Origin: Bacteroidales bacterium
Lineage (GTDB): Bacteria > Bacteroidota > Bacteroidia > Bacteroidales > UBA1402
Assembly: GCA_021373135.1 (NCBI GenBank)
Contig: JAJFTH010000003.1
Location: forward strand, 898,435 to 962,434
Length of the DNA stretch: 64,000 nucleotides
Direction: 5' to 3'
The position numbers and the translations under genes are program-made. Positions 49,083 to 59,076 of this stretch are shown here, in pieces. The stretch's first letter is position 1, and every line of letters begins with the position of its first letter. The notes under the pieces are model-generated. The model was not told the origin of the DNA. It searched no databases and was given only the letters and a program-made list of their open reading frames with translations.

Positions 49083-49112
49083 GCAATTGAATCAAAACTT
49101 AATCATATTCCG

Positions 49113-49823
49113 ATGAAAAAACCAATCTTAATGGTTGCTATGGCTCTTGCAGCAACCAATACATTCGCACAAGACAAGGACTGGGCTCAATTTGGCCGCT
49201 ATGAAAAACAAAATGCAGAGATGACGACATCCCCTGACGTGGTTTTTATGGGGAACTCTATCACAGACTTCTGGTATAACTTTGATGAGACTTTTTTTAA
49301 GAACAACAATTTTGCCGGTCGTGGCATCAGTGGTCAGACAACAGCTCAGATGCTCGTCCGTTTCAGGAAAGATGTCATCGAACTGAATCCGAAGGCGGTG
49401 GTTATATTGGCAGGAATAAACGATATTGCACAAAACAACGGGCCTATCAAGCTTGAAAATGTATTGTCCAATATCATTTCCATGAGCGAATTGGCAAGAT
49501 ACCATAAAATCAAGGTGATACTGTGTTCCATATTGCCCTGCAATCATTTCACGTGGAGACCGGACCTTCAACCTGCTGAGGATGTCAAACACTTGAATGC
49601 GATGATTAAGGATTACGCATGCAAAAACAAGATGACCTTTGTTGATTATTATACACCGCTTGTGAATGATGAAGGAGGTTTGTCACCGGAGTTGAGCAAA
49701 GATGGCTGCCATCCTGTGTACAATTGCTATACCACCATGGAATCGATTGTTACAAAAGGAATCAACAGGGCTCTCAATAATAGGAAGGTTTATCATGTTT
49801 CGACGCCGAAAGAAGACCAATAA
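49113..49823 (+). CDS. SGNH/GDSL-family hydrolase (esterase)
   Basis: Signal peptide. SGNH blocks I FMGNSITD, II GISGQTT, III AGINDI and V DGCHP. Confidence 0.8.
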   Translation: MKKPILMVAMALAATNTFAQDKDWAQFGRYEKQNAEMTTSPDVVFMGNSITDFWYNFDETFFKNNNFAGRGISGQTTAQMLVRFRKDVIELNPKAVVILAGINDIAQNNGPIKLENVLSNIISMSELARYHKIKVILCSILPCNHFTWRPDLQPAEDVKHLNAMIKDYACKNKMTFVDYYTPLVNDEGGLSPELSKDGCHPVYNCYTTMESIVTKGINRALNNRKVYHVSTPKEDQ

Positions 49824-49990
49824 ACCGATTCAATCAAAAATAAAAGGCGACATAGAAAGAATTTTCGAAATTGTGTGTGCTCAATGTGGCTTTATTGGTT
49901 CCTTCACTGAATAAACGGGTGTTTTGTTCTACCTGACCATCGATTGTGTTGAAACGTTCCCAATTTTCATGGTGTGAAGATTTTGATGAT

Positions 49991-50014
49991 AAAAAGTCCG
50001 GAAAAGGACTTTTT
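49991..50014. terminator. bidirectional hairpin terminator (tRNA-Leu / SGNH gene)
   Basis: AAAAAGTCC-GGAAAA-GGACTTTTT has A/T runs on both sides and lies 13 nt beyond the tRNA-Leu 3' end. Confidence 0.65.
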
Positions 50015-50026
50015 AAATATCGAATG

Positions 50027-50108
50027 TGCGCCCGAAGGGACTCGAACCCCCACGCCTTTCAGCACCAGATCCTAAGTCTGGCGTGGCTACCAATTACACC
50101 ACGAGCGC
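50027..50108 (-). tRNA. tRNA-Leu (anticodon TAG)
   Basis: The reverse complement folds as follows. Acceptor GCGCTCG/CGGGCGC (one G-U), anticodon stem CCAGA/TCTGG with loop CTTAGGA, long variable arm TGCTGAAAGGCGT, T loop TTCGAGT, discriminator A. Confidence 0.88.
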
Positions 50109-50130
50109 GATATGCTGAATATATGAGCTG

Positions 50131-50138
50131 CAAAAGTA
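50131..50138 (-). promoter_or_regulatory. -7 promoter box (TACTTTTG) for tRNA-Leu
   Basis: Exact TAnnTTTG on the minus strand, 23 nt upstream of the tRNA 5' end. Confidence 0.5.
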
Positions 50139-50218
50139 GGAAAAATTTGCAAATAATAAAATCAGATTTGAATAAAGGTGTTCTATGGTCATCCTTTTTT
50201 TTTGGAAAAGATGGATAG

Positions 50219-51214
50219 TCAATTTTTCTGCAGTAGAGAATAAGCTGTTTCAATAATGACATCAACTCCCCTTTGTATATCGTGATCAGTCAGATAAACC
50301 GTGCTATCCGGTTCAATGCCTTCTTCGGTGAGTTTGTAATTTTCATCATAGGTCGGACAAGAGGAAAAGCGTACACTCCAACCGTTCGGAAGCATGGAAC
50401 TGATGGGAAATCCTCCGCCACCACCTGTACGGTCACCCATGATGATGACATTGGGTAGTTGACGCATGACCGTGACAAAAGTATTTGTAGCACTGTAACA
50501 CATCCTGTTGGTAAGAATGACCACCTTTTTGGTGTATCTTTTTCCTTGATATGGTTCCAGATAAATGGGGTAAGGTTCGGAAAAATCATTGTGTCCTGGT
50601 CCGGTTTTATGACGTATATATCCGCAAATGAACTTTTTTTCCGTGAAACGACAGGCCAGTTTATTGACATTGCTCAGATTACCTCCTGAATTGTCGCGAA
50701 CATCAATGATGATGCCACGGCAGTTCTCAAAATAGTTAAATATATAATCCAGGCCGGCATTGCTGATGGCAGAAGAGAAGCTACTGTAAGTGATATAACC
50801 TATATTACCACCTATTATCTTGTATTTCAGCCCAGAAGATATCTGATAATCAGTACCCAGAAGATTGCGTTGTAAAGATTCATCAAAGTTGGGCTCGTAA
50901 TCCTCAAACCATTTCCAGTAACGTATCAGATCATGTGCTGTATAAAGATTGACATGCCCGTCTTGCAAGGTGCAGATCATTTCTCCCAGCACTTTCAGAA
51001 GTGAGTCTGAATTTTTACAGGTATCCACCCGAAGCGCATATTTATCATGCACTTGATCCCAGTCTACACCTTTGGCATCAAAGAAACAATATTTTTCATC
51101 AAGGATAGACCATAGGGTTTCAAAAATATTTTTGGAATCGGTACTTTCATTGACCTCTTCATGGCAGGCGCTGAGGCTGAATATCAGGATTAATAACAAT
51201 GCTGTTCGTTTCAT
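50219..51214 (-). CDS. S41-family peptidase lipoprotein (C-terminal processing peptidase-like)
   Basis: Lipobox IFSLSAC. S41-like blocks IIDVRDNSGGNL and VVILTNRMCYSATNTF. Confidence 0.7.
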   Translation of the reverse strand: MKRTALLLILIFSLSACHEEVNESTDSKNIFETLWSILDEKYCFFDAKGVDWDQVHDKYALRVDTCKNSDSLLKVLGEMICTLQDGHVNLYTAHDLIRYWKWFEDYEPNFDESLQRNLLGTDYQISSGLKYKIIGGNIGYITYSSFSSAISNAGLDYIFNYFENCRGIIIDVRDNSGGNLSNVNKLACRFTEKKFICGYIRHKTGPGHNDFSEPYPIYLEPYQGKRYTKKVVILTNRMCYSATNTFVTVMRQLPNVIIMGDRTGGGGGFPISSMLPNGWSVRFSSCPTYDENYKLTEEGIEPDSTVYLTDHDIQRGVDVIIETAYSLLQKN

Positions 51215-51226
51215 GGCGGCTCTTTT

Positions 51227-52075
51227 TTACAAAATACTGAAATAACTGATGTAGCCTACAGAAAAATGATTCGAAAGCACCCTGGTGCGAATATTGTTGA
51301 ACATACTGATGCGCCCCTCGTTCCAGTAGCTTACGCGAAAACTGCTTTTACGGCCTGAAATGGGAATGTTCAGGCTGAGTTGCTGTCTCCAGTGTTGTTT
51401 GTTGATAGGGTTCGTAAATTTAATGATGTTTTTGTGATTGTTTAGATAGAAAATCTCGTAATAAGATTCGGCATATTCCGGAGAAAAGGCTAAACCAGCC
51501 ATAGCCATACTGCCCTGATAACTTACGATCATTGATCTTTTCCAAAGGATGAATTTATAGTCTGAGAAAACGGTTATACCCAAATCAAACATGGCATCTA
51601 CAGAACCAGGGTTATTACCGTTATGGATGCTGTATCTTCCTCCTCCGCTTAGTGCAGCAAAGGCTCCGGTGGAGATATGATACTTCGGATCGGAGACAAT
51701 TTGTCTTAAAATGCTTTTGCGTAAGTCTATATTTCCATATAGCAGCGTGGATCCGGCCGAAGACTGACCATAAACAGGATTGATGGAATAGTTGCATTGG
51801 CTGAACCATTTTACCTCGTCGAAAGAGGTTCCAGAGCTGTCCGGAAGGCCCCATTTCAAGGGTTTCATACTCCCACTTGAAAAGAGGGCGGAAATTCCGT
51901 CATGGGGCAGCGGAGATAAATAGTTGTCGTATAAATAGGTGTTGCCGACACCCAATTGCCAATAAACACTTTTTTGATTTCCGGTTTGCGCGTTTAAGGG
52001 TTGAAGCAGATAAATCCAAAATACAAACAGGATTATATGACTTGATTTGATCTCTGGATTTTCTGAAAAAAGCAT
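51227..52075 (-). CDS. hypothetical secreted protein, probably outer-membrane beta-barrel-like
   Basis: Signal-like N-terminus (ILFVFWIYLLQPLNAQ). Gly/Ser/Tyr-rich alternating pattern with an aromatic-rich C-terminus. Lies 12 nt upstream of the S41 gene on the same strand. Confidence 0.4.
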   Translation of the reverse strand: MLFSENPEIKSSHIILFVFWIYLLQPLNAQTGNQKSVYWQLGVGNTYLYDNYLSPLPHDGISALFSSGSMKPLKWGLPDSSGTSFDEVKWFSQCNYSINPVYGQSSAGSTLLYGNIDLRKSILRQIVSDPKYHISTGAFAALSGGGRYSIHNGNNPGSVDAMFDLGITVFSDYKFILWKRSMIVSYQGSMAMAGLAFSPEYAESYYEIFYLNNHKNIIKFTNPINKQHWRQQLSLNIPISGRKSSFRVSYWNEGRISMFNNIRTRVLSNHFSVGYISYFSIL

Positions 52076-52094
52076 ACTTAATTTATTTTTCTAA

Positions 52095-54842
52095 TCATTC
52101 GAATAACTTCATTTGTCCCACAATCTCGTCAGCTATGTCTGTATTACTTTTGACGTCATCATAATCTTCTTCGATTTCTACAGGACTGGGAATATCCTCT
52201 TTTTCTATTTTCTCCGGAAAGCGGACCGGTTCCAGTTCTCTAATCTCGCTGACTTCAAAAGTGGTGATGCGCTTCCCCTTTGCTTTAAAACTCTTGATGC
52301 TGATGAATTCGTCACCGTCAATCGTAAACTTTTCACGGTAGCTATCGTTTCCGCCAAAGATAACTTCAAAACGCGGATAATATACATCTGTCAGGAGAAT
52401 GATCTTTGTTTCGGGGTTTTCGCCAATAAACGACTGAGATTTCGGGCTGGGCTCCAAAGCAAATCGTTTCAGGTATGGGTAGTTTTGTTGATCAGCATCG
52501 TACAGAGCTGCTGTCCAGATTTTTTCCGGATCATATTTTTCCACAATCATGACGTCATCGTTGTAATGGTTGCTCAGTTCAAAGTTTGTTGTATAGAAGC
52601 TTCCATTGTTTCGGATGACCAGTATGTTGTCGTCATTCTGGAACTCTCCGAGATATTCTCCTCTTTCATCGGTATTCAGGCGGAAGACATCCCTGTCAAA
52701 CCAAACCTTCAATCCACCCAGTGTGGAACCTCCTTTTTGTTTGAGTGTGATCCTGTGAATATCGTTTTTTGACAGGATATTACCCATGGATTGACGGCCT
52801 TTGATGGCAATTTCACTGAAGTCCTTGTCGAATTGCAGCTTCTTGATTCTTGGACCGGGCTTAAGCAAGACCTTGATCACTTCGGCTTCTCCGTTGGGAT
52901 TTGCACTGAAGTACAATACGCGTGAACCGGTTACACCTTGTGCGAGGTCGTATTCCTTATCTCTTGTGACACCGCTTACTGCGAATCTTTTGATGTATGA
53001 TGCTCCGTCTTTGCCATTGCGGTAAACCATGTTGTAAATCGTGCGGGAGTCGTTTTTCTTGAAAACATTGACGTACAAAAGGTTTTTGCCGACAAACATC
53101 TTTTCGGAGACTTTGACCACCTTGAGTTTTCCGTCCTTGTAGAAAAGAATGATGTCATCAATATTGGAGCAGGGACAAATGTATTCGTCCTTTTTCAGAC
53201 CGGTACCGATAAAGCCTTCTTCGCGGTTGATGTACAGTTTTTCGTTGGCTTCAACCACTTTTGCAGCTTCAATGGTGTCAAAGCTTCTGATTTCGGTACG
53301 GCGCGGAAAGTTTTTGCCGTATTTTTTCTTGAGGCCTTCAAACCATTCGATGGTATAATTGACAATATGTGTCAGGTTGTGGTCAATTTCTTCAACCTGG
53401 GTCTTCATGCTTGCTATCAGTTCATCAGCCTTGACGGAGTTGAATTTCAGGATTCGGTTCATCTTGATCTCAAGGAGCTTCAAAATATCCTCGCTCGTAA
53501 TTTCTCTGATGAAATTGGGTTTGAAAGGTTCCAACCGTTTGTCAACATGACGGATAGCCTGCTCCATGTCCTTACTGTCTTCGAATCCTTTATCCTTGTA
53601 GATGCGTTCTTCGATGAAAATTTTCTCAAGGGAAGCAAACAAGAGGCTTTCCTGCAGTTCGGACTTGTGAATCTCCAGTTCGAGGCGTAAAAGGTGCATT
53701 GTGGTTTCGGCTGAAGTTTTCAGTACCTCGGAAACATTCAGAAAATTCGGCCTTTCGTCACGGATGACGCAGCAATTGGGTGAAATGCTGATTTCACAGT
53801 CGCTGAACGCGTAAAGTGCGTCAATGGTCTTGTCGGAAGAAACTCCGGGTGCAAGGTGGACCAGAATTTCCACATTCTGGGCAGTGTTGTCATCCACTTT
53901 ACGGATTTTGATCTTGCCTTTGTCATTGGCTTTCAGGATGGATTCGATAACAGAAGATGTGGTTCTGCCGTAGGGAATCTCAGAGATGACCAAAGTTTTG
54001 GAATCCAGCTTGCTTATTTTTGCTCTGATTTTGACAACACCACCGCGTTCACCGTCGTTGTATCGGGAAACGTCGATGTAACCGCCGGTCTGGAAATCCG
54101 GGAATATTTCAAAATCCTCGCCTTGCAGATAGGCAATCGAGGCATTGATGAGCTCGTTGAAGTTATGCGGCAAGATTTTGCAGGACAGACCGACAGCAAT
54201 ACCTTCCACACCTTGTGCCAGCAAAAGTGGAAACTTGACCGGCAAACAAATTGGTTCCTTGTTCCTGCCGTCATAGGATGGTTTCCATTTGGTGGTCTTG
54301 GAATTGAATACGACGTCTATGGCGAATTTGGAAAGCCTTGCCTCGATGTAACGGGGAGCAGCAGCTCCGTCACCGGTCAGGATATTTCCCCAGTTTCCCT
54401 GGCAATCTATCAGTATGTCTTTTTGACCCAATTGTACCAAAGCGTCGCCGATGGAAGCATCACCGTGAGGGTGAAACTGCATGGTTTGTCCGATGATGTT
54501 GGCCACTTTGTTGTACCTGCCGTCGTCAATTCTCTTCATGGCGTGAAGAATACGACGCTGGACAGGTTTCAGCCCATCTTCGATATGAGGTACGGCACGC
54601 TCCAGAATAACGTAAGAAGCATAATCCAGAAACCAATTCTGGTACATTCCTGAAAGTTGATGCTTGACGCTGACGTCTTTATAATCGGGAACCTGATATT
54701 CTGAATGTCCACCATCAATGGTGTCTGTTTCAGATTCTTCTGATTCGTTGAGTGTTTCTGTTTGGCTGGTATAGACTTCTTCCGTTTCTTCCGGCACTTC
54801 GCCATCTGGAATAGGTTTGTTGTCCTTGTCGTTAATTTTCAT
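52095..54842 (-). CDS. parC: DNA topoisomerase IV subunit A (GyrA/ParC family)
   Basis: GLKPVQRRILHAM, the active-site region AAPRYIEARL, and a beta-pinwheel C-terminal domain. The acidic N-terminal extension and the 915-aa size fit Bacteroidota ParC rather than GyrA. Confidence 0.8.
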   Translation of the reverse strand: MKINDKDNKPIPDGEVPEETEEVYTSQTETLNESEESETDTIDGGHSEYQVPDYKDVSVKHQLSGMYQNWFLDYASYVILERAVPHIEDGLKPVQRRILHAMKRIDDGRYNKVANIIGQTMQFHPHGDASIGDALVQLGQKDILIDCQGNWGNILTGDGAAAPRYIEARLSKFAIDVVFNSKTTKWKPSYDGRNKEPICLPVKFPLLLAQGVEGIAVGLSCKILPHNFNELINASIAYLQGEDFEIFPDFQTGGYIDVSRYNDGERGGVVKIRAKISKLDSKTLVISEIPYGRTTSSVIESILKANDKGKIKIRKVDDNTAQNVEILVHLAPGVSSDKTIDALYAFSDCEISISPNCCVIRDERPNFLNVSEVLKTSAETTMHLLRLELEIHKSELQESLLFASLEKIFIEERIYKDKGFEDSKDMEQAIRHVDKRLEPFKPNFIREITSEDILKLLEIKMNRILKFNSVKADELIASMKTQVEEIDHNLTHIVNYTIEWFEGLKKKYGKNFPRRTEIRSFDTIEAAKVVEANEKLYINREEGFIGTGLKKDEYICPCSNIDDIILFYKDGKLKVVKVSEKMFVGKNLLYVNVFKKNDSRTIYNMVYRNGKDGASYIKRFAVSGVTRDKEYDLAQGVTGSRVLYFSANPNGEAEVIKVLLKPGPRIKKLQFDKDFSEIAIKGRQSMGNILSKNDIHRITLKQKGGSTLGGLKVWFDRDVFRLNTDERGEYLGEFQNDDNILVIRNNGSFYTTNFELSNHYNDDVMIVEKYDPEKIWTAALYDADQQNYPYLKRFALEPSPKSQSFIGENPETKIILLTDVYYPRFEVIFGGNDSYREKFTIDGDEFISIKSFKAKGKRITTFEVSEIRELEPVRFPEKIEKEDIPSPVEIEEDYDDVKSNTDIADEIVGQMKLFE

Positions 54843-54893
54843 GGAAAATTGCTGCTAAATATGTATTTTTTACGCTTTTGCGGGCGTCAAGTG

Positions 54894-54901
54894 CAAATAT
54901 A
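54894..54901 (-). promoter_or_regulatory. -7 promoter box (TATATTTG) upstream of parC
   Basis: Exact TAnnTTTG on the minus strand, 52 nt upstream of the parC ATG. Confidence 0.4.
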
Positions 54902-54953
54902 ATTCAAAAAAATCACTTACTTTGCAGCCGCAGAAAAAATAATCTGAATTATA

Positions 54954-56501
54954 ATGGCTCAACAAGAAGACGTATTTAAGAAGTTGGTGTCTCATTGTAA
55001 GGAATACGGTTTTGTGTTTCCTTCAAGTGAGATTTATGATGGACTGGCAGCAGTATATGACTATGGCCAGATGGGTGTGGAACTGAAAAATAACATCAAG
55101 AAATATTGGTGGGATTCCATGGTATTGCTTAATGACAATATCGTCGGCATCGATTCTTCCATTTTTATGCATCCGACCATTTGGAAAGCGTCCGGTCATG
55201 TGGATGCATTCAATGACCCTTTGATTGATAATAAGGATTCCAAAAAACGTTATCGGGCAGATGTCCTCATTGAAGACCAATTGGCAAAATACGATGACAA
55301 AATAGATAAAGAAGTGGCCAAAGCCGCCAAGCGTTTTGGCGATAGTTTCGATGAAGCTCAATTCCGTTCTACAAATGCCCGTGTCATCGAACATCAGGAA
55401 AAGAGAGAGGCCTTGCATACCCGATATTCAAAAGCTTTGAATGCCGGTGATTTCGAAGAATTGAGACAAATCATCATTGATGAAGAAATTGTTTGTCCCG
55501 TTTCCGGAACCAAAAACTGGACGGAAGTGCGTCAGTTCAACCTGATGTTCTCTACAGAAATGGGTTCAACTTCTGATGGAACTCTGAAAGTTTACTTACG
55601 TCCGGAAACGGCTCAGGGTATTTTTGTAAACTACCTGAACGTTCAAAAGACGGGTCGTATGAAGATTCCGTTTGGTATAGCCCAGATCGGTAAGGCTTTC
55701 AGAAATGAGATAGTTGCCCGTCAGTTTATTTTCCGTATGCGTGAATTTGAACAGATGGAAATGCAATTTTTCGTGAAGCCCGGAACAGAACTTGATTGGT
55801 TTGCCAAATGGAAGGAAACCCGTCTGAAATGGCACAAAGCTCTCGGATTGGGTGACCAGAAATACCGTTTCCATGACCATGATAAATTGGCCCATTATGC
55901 CAATGCTGCAACGGATATCGAATTTGAAATGCCTTTTGGTTTCAAGGAAGTGGAAGGTATCCATTCCCGTACGAATTTTGATTTGTCCCAACATGAGAAA
56001 TTCTCCGGCAAGAATATCAAATATTTTGATCCCGATTTGGGCGAAAGCTATACACCCTATGTCATCGAGACTTCTATCGGTGTTGACCGCATGTTTCTGA
56101 GTATCATGGCGGGTTCTTATGTAGAAGAAAAATTGGAAAATGGTGAAACCCGTGTTGTTTTGCAATTACCGCCTGCCTTAGCTCCGATCAAGTTGGCGAT
56201 ACTGCCTTTGATTAAGAAAGACGGTCTTCCTGAATTGGCAAAAGAGATTATGGATGATCTCAAGTTTGATTTCAAATGCCAGTATGATGAAAAGGATTCC
56301 ATTGGAAAACGTTACCGTCGTCAGGATGCCATCGGTACACCTTTCTGTGTAACTGTTGACCATCAGTCTTTGGAAGACAGAACAGTAACCATCCGTCACC
56401 GTGACAGCATGGAACAGGAACGTGCAGCCATCTCCGAATTGAAAGCTATTATTTCGGCCGGAGTAAGCATGAAAGAATTGTTCAAGAAACTGGTGAAATA
56501 A
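54954..56501 (+). CDS. glyQS: glycine--tRNA ligase (homodimeric class II type)
   Basis: GlyRS alpha2-type sequence (FVFPSSEIYDGLAAVYDYGQMGVELKNNIKKYWW, LRPETAQGIFVN, GKAFRNEI, ETSIGVDR) with a C-terminal anticodon-binding domain. Confidence 0.92.
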   Translation: MAQQEDVFKKLVSHCKEYGFVFPSSEIYDGLAAVYDYGQMGVELKNNIKKYWWDSMVLLNDNIVGIDSSIFMHPTIWKASGHVDAFNDPLIDNKDSKKRYRADVLIEDQLAKYDDKIDKEVAKAAKRFGDSFDEAQFRSTNARVIEHQEKREALHTRYSKALNAGDFEELRQIIIDEEIVCPVSGTKNWTEVRQFNLMFSTEMGSTSDGTLKVYLRPETAQGIFVNYLNVQKTGRMKIPFGIAQIGKAFRNEIVARQFIFRMREFEQMEMQFFVKPGTELDWFAKWKETRLKWHKALGLGDQKYRFHDHDKLAHYANAATDIEFEMPFGFKEVEGIHSRTNFDLSQHEKFSGKNIKYFDPDLGESYTPYVIETSIGVDRMFLSIMAGSYVEEKLENGETRVVLQLPPALAPIKLAILPLIKKDGLPELAKEIMDDLKFDFKCQYDEKDSIGKRYRRQDAIGTPFCVTVDHQSLEDRTVTIRHRDSMEQERAAISELKAIISAGVSMKELFKKLVK

Positions 56502-56583
56502 AAGCTGGTTTCCAAACATACACAAACAGGCGAATCCGAAAAGATCCGCCTGTTTTGTTGAATGATAAAAAGCGTTTTTTTAT

Positions 56584-57105
56584 TTAATTGTCTGAAACGA
56601 TTTCCTTCAATTCGATATCGAATATCAAAGTGGAATAGGCCGGTACGTTGGAATTGTCGTAGTTTCCATATCCCATGTCGTATCGGATGAAGACTCTCCA
56701 TTTGTCTCCGACATGCATATACTGTGTGGCTAAGCTCCAACCATCAATCACCTCGCTTCCGACTGTGAACTCGTAATTACTGCTGCTGTTAAAAGCAGTC
56801 TTGGTTTTTAGTTCGGGAATAGCATCGTATGAAATGGTGTCGTTGTATAGCCAGGCTTCATAGGAAACGTTCACAACATTCCCAATGATTGGTGTCTTTC
56901 CGGAACCTTCTTTGATGATCTGATAGCAAACGCCTGGAAAACCGTTGATGGAGTCTCCGATTGCATGAACGTTCGGTAACTTCGTCATTCTATTATAAAA
57001 TGCCAGATTATCATCTCTCCATTTATCATCCGAATTTTCAGAGCAAGAACTGAAAGCAATGGCTATAGAGCAGATAGCGAGTAAGTAAATCCCAATTTTC
57101 TTCAT
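56584..57105 (-). CDS. FKBP-type peptidyl-prolyl cis-trans isomerase lipoprotein
   Basis: Lipobox IAFSSC. FKBP C-domain (VNVSYEAWLYND...VIDGWSLATQYMHVGDKWRVFIRYDMGYG...STLIFDIELKEI). Start set to the ATG at 57105. Confidence 0.8.
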   Translation of the reverse strand: MKKIGIYLLAICSIAIAFSSCSENSDDKWRDDNLAFYNRMTKLPNVHAIGDSINGFPGVCYQIIKEGSGKTPIIGNVVNVSYEAWLYNDTISYDAIPELKTKTAFNSSSNYEFTVGSEVIDGWSLATQYMHVGDKWRVFIRYDMGYGNYDNSNVPAYSTLIFDIELKEIVSDN

Positions 57106-57143
57106 ATAAACGTTTTTTTCTTGAATATTCAATGACAAATTTA

Positions 57144-58487
57144 TTATAAAACCGGAAGACTTGTTCCGTTAATTTTTTGGTATAGATCAAGTGCATAAAT
57201 GTCTGTCATGCCCGAAATATAATCGAGAACGGCCTGAATGCGTCCGTAAACCGTTTCGGCACTGACTTCATATTGCTGTGGAATGCGTGCCAGAAGTACT
57301 CTGGAATAGGCATGTTCCGGATAATTGACTGCAGAGAGTACTTCTTCGAGCAAGGTTTTGATGATTTTGTATCCGGCCAGCTCAATATCGAGCACATCAG
57401 ACGACTGGTAGATTTTTTTTACAGAAAGTTTTGCACAGGTTTCATAGGCAGAACAGGCCTGTCGGTCCATTTTTTGAATGAGTGTCCCGTCAAATGTCCC
57501 GTTCAGGATTTTTGACTCGTTTTCCACAAAAGTTTCAGAGCAGGCCTGAACCAGGCGACCGATCACACAAGACCGCAGGTAAGCAATCTGTTCATTGACA
57601 TCTTCCACGAGATGCATCGTTTCATGAATGTGTGACAGACGGGGGCCGGAGAAAAAGTTTAATAAAAGCGTCTTTATTTCTTCTGTACTGATGATTTTCA
57701 GCTTATGGGCATCTTCCATATCCATGATCTGGTAACAAATGTCATCAGCGGCTTCCACTAAGTAAACAAGCGGATGACGTCTGAAACACAGGGCTTGGCC
57801 GGGTACCTGAATCAGACCCAGTTCCCCGGCAATTTTTTCGAAGCTTTCTGACTCACTCGTGAAAAATCCGAATTTGGAATGTTTGTTTGAAGTAAGTGTA
57901 GAAGCGTAAGGATATTTGACGATAGAAGCCAGTGTGGAGTATGTCAGGGCAAAACCACCCGGACGTCTTCCGTTGAAAGTATGTGTCAGCAGCCTGAAAG
58001 CATTTGCATTGCCTTCAAAATGACTGAAATCGTTGAATTCTGATTCTGAAAGGACCTTGCTCCATTTCTGACCGTTCCCTTCAGAAAAATAAGATGCGAT
58101 GGCTTTTTCTCCGGAATGTCCGAAAGGCGGATTTCCCAAATCATGTGCCAGACAAGCAGCCGAAACAATGGGCCCGATTTCGGTGAGCAACTCTTCATGT
58201 ACAATCTGATGCTTTTCACGCAACAACTTTGTTACAGCCAATCCGAGAGAGCGACCCACGGAAGAAACTTCCAGACTGTGAGTTAACCGGTTGTGTACGA
58301 AGACGCTGCCCGGTAACGGAAAAACTTGTGTCTTGTTTTGCAGGCGGCGGAAAGGGGAAGAGAAAATCAACCTGTCATAATCTCTTTGGAATTCGCTTCT
58401 GTCATGGACACGTTTATCCTCATACGCTTCATTTCCAAAGCGTTTTGATGATAAAAGTTTATTCCATTGCATTTGCTGATCCATCAT
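57144..58487 (-). CDS. dgt: dGTP triphosphohydrolase-like HD-domain protein
   Basis: FQRDYDRLIFSSPFRRLQNKTQVF, RLTHSLEV and LAHDLGNPPFGHSGE are dGTPase family blocks. Confidence 0.88.
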   Translation of the reverse strand: MMDQQMQWNKLLSSKRFGNEAYEDKRVHDRSEFQRDYDRLIFSSPFRRLQNKTQVFPLPGSVFVHNRLTHSLEVSSVGRSLGLAVTKLLREKHQIVHEELLTEIGPIVSAACLAHDLGNPPFGHSGEKAIASYFSEGNGQKWSKVLSESEFNDFSHFEGNANAFRLLTHTFNGRRPGGFALTYSTLASIVKYPYASTLTSNKHSKFGFFTSESESFEKIAGELGLIQVPGQALCFRRHPLVYLVEAADDICYQIMDMEDAHKLKIISTEEIKTLLLNFFSGPRLSHIHETMHLVEDVNEQIAYLRSCVIGRLVQACSETFVENESKILNGTFDGTLIQKMDRQACSAYETCAKLSVKKIYQSSDVLDIELAGYKIIKTLLEEVLSAVNYPEHAYSRVLLARIPQQYEVSAETVYGRIQAVLDYISGMTDIYALDLYQKINGTSLPVL

Positions 58488-58597
58488 TCTGCGAGTTGAT
58501 TCCTATGGTGAATATCATTTGTGCTGCAAATGTAGGCAAAACAAAATATAAAAACACTTAAATAATCGGTACACGTATAGGTTTCAACGTTTTTTAG

Positions 58598-58605
58598 TAC
58601 TTTTG
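58598..58605 (+). promoter_or_regulatory. -7 promoter box (TACTTTTG) for dut
   Basis: Exact TAnnTTTG ending 33 nt upstream of the dut ATG. Confidence 0.45.
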
Positions 58606-58637
58606 CCCCCTATACAAATCAAAGAATATATCTTCAA

Positions 58638-59072
58638 ATGATCATTAACATTGTTAACCGTTCCAAGCACAAATTGCCTCAGTATGCCACTGCATTGTCA
58701 GCAGGTTTGGATTTAAGGGCAAACATCGATGAGCCGATTATTCTAAAGCCTTTGGAAAGGAAATTGATTCCTACCGGCTTGTTTATTGAATTACCTGTCG
58801 GATATGAAGCTCAAATTCGTCCCCGGAGTGGTTTGGCCATCAAGAAAGGAGTTACTGTTCTGAATACCCCGGGCACCATTGATGCAGATTATAGAGGCGA
58901 GATATGTGTCATTCTGATCAATCTCTCGAAGGAGGATTTCCTGATCGAAGATGGCGAACGTATATGCCAAATGGTGATAGCTGCTCATGAACAAGCGGAA
59001 TGGAATCAGGTTGAAGTGTTGAATGAAACAGAACGTGGTGCCGGAGGTTTTGGCCATACGGGAAAAAAATAA
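58638..59072 (+). CDS. dut: dUTP diphosphatase
   Basis: Trimeric dUTPase motifs ([37 protein letters not shown]). Confidence 0.95.
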   Translation: MIINIVNRSKHKLPQYATALSAGLDLRANIDEPIILKPLERKLIPTGLFIELPVGYEAQIRPRSGLAIKKGVTVLNTPGTIDADYRGEICVILINLSKEDFLIEDGERICQMVIAAHEQAEWNQVEVLNETERGAGGFGHTGKK

Positions 59073-59076
59073 ATTT

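Noticed and set aside
49128-49592. 154-aa minus-strand ORF antisense to the SGNH hydrolase gene.
   Set aside because: The plus-strand frame carries all four SGNH blocks in the correct order, whereas the antisense frame has no features.
53856-54653. 265-aa plus-strand ORF (and a 219-aa ORF at 52113-52772) antisense to parC.
   Set aside because: Both lie entirely inside a well-supported, motif-rich parC frame. Their translations are low-information, with no start context or promoter box. These are typical shadow ORFs opposite a long, codon-biased gene.
55596-56165. 189-aa minus-strand ORF antisense to glyQS.
   Set aside because: It is fully nested in the GlyRS coding frame and has no recognisable motifs, so I treat it as a shadow ORF.
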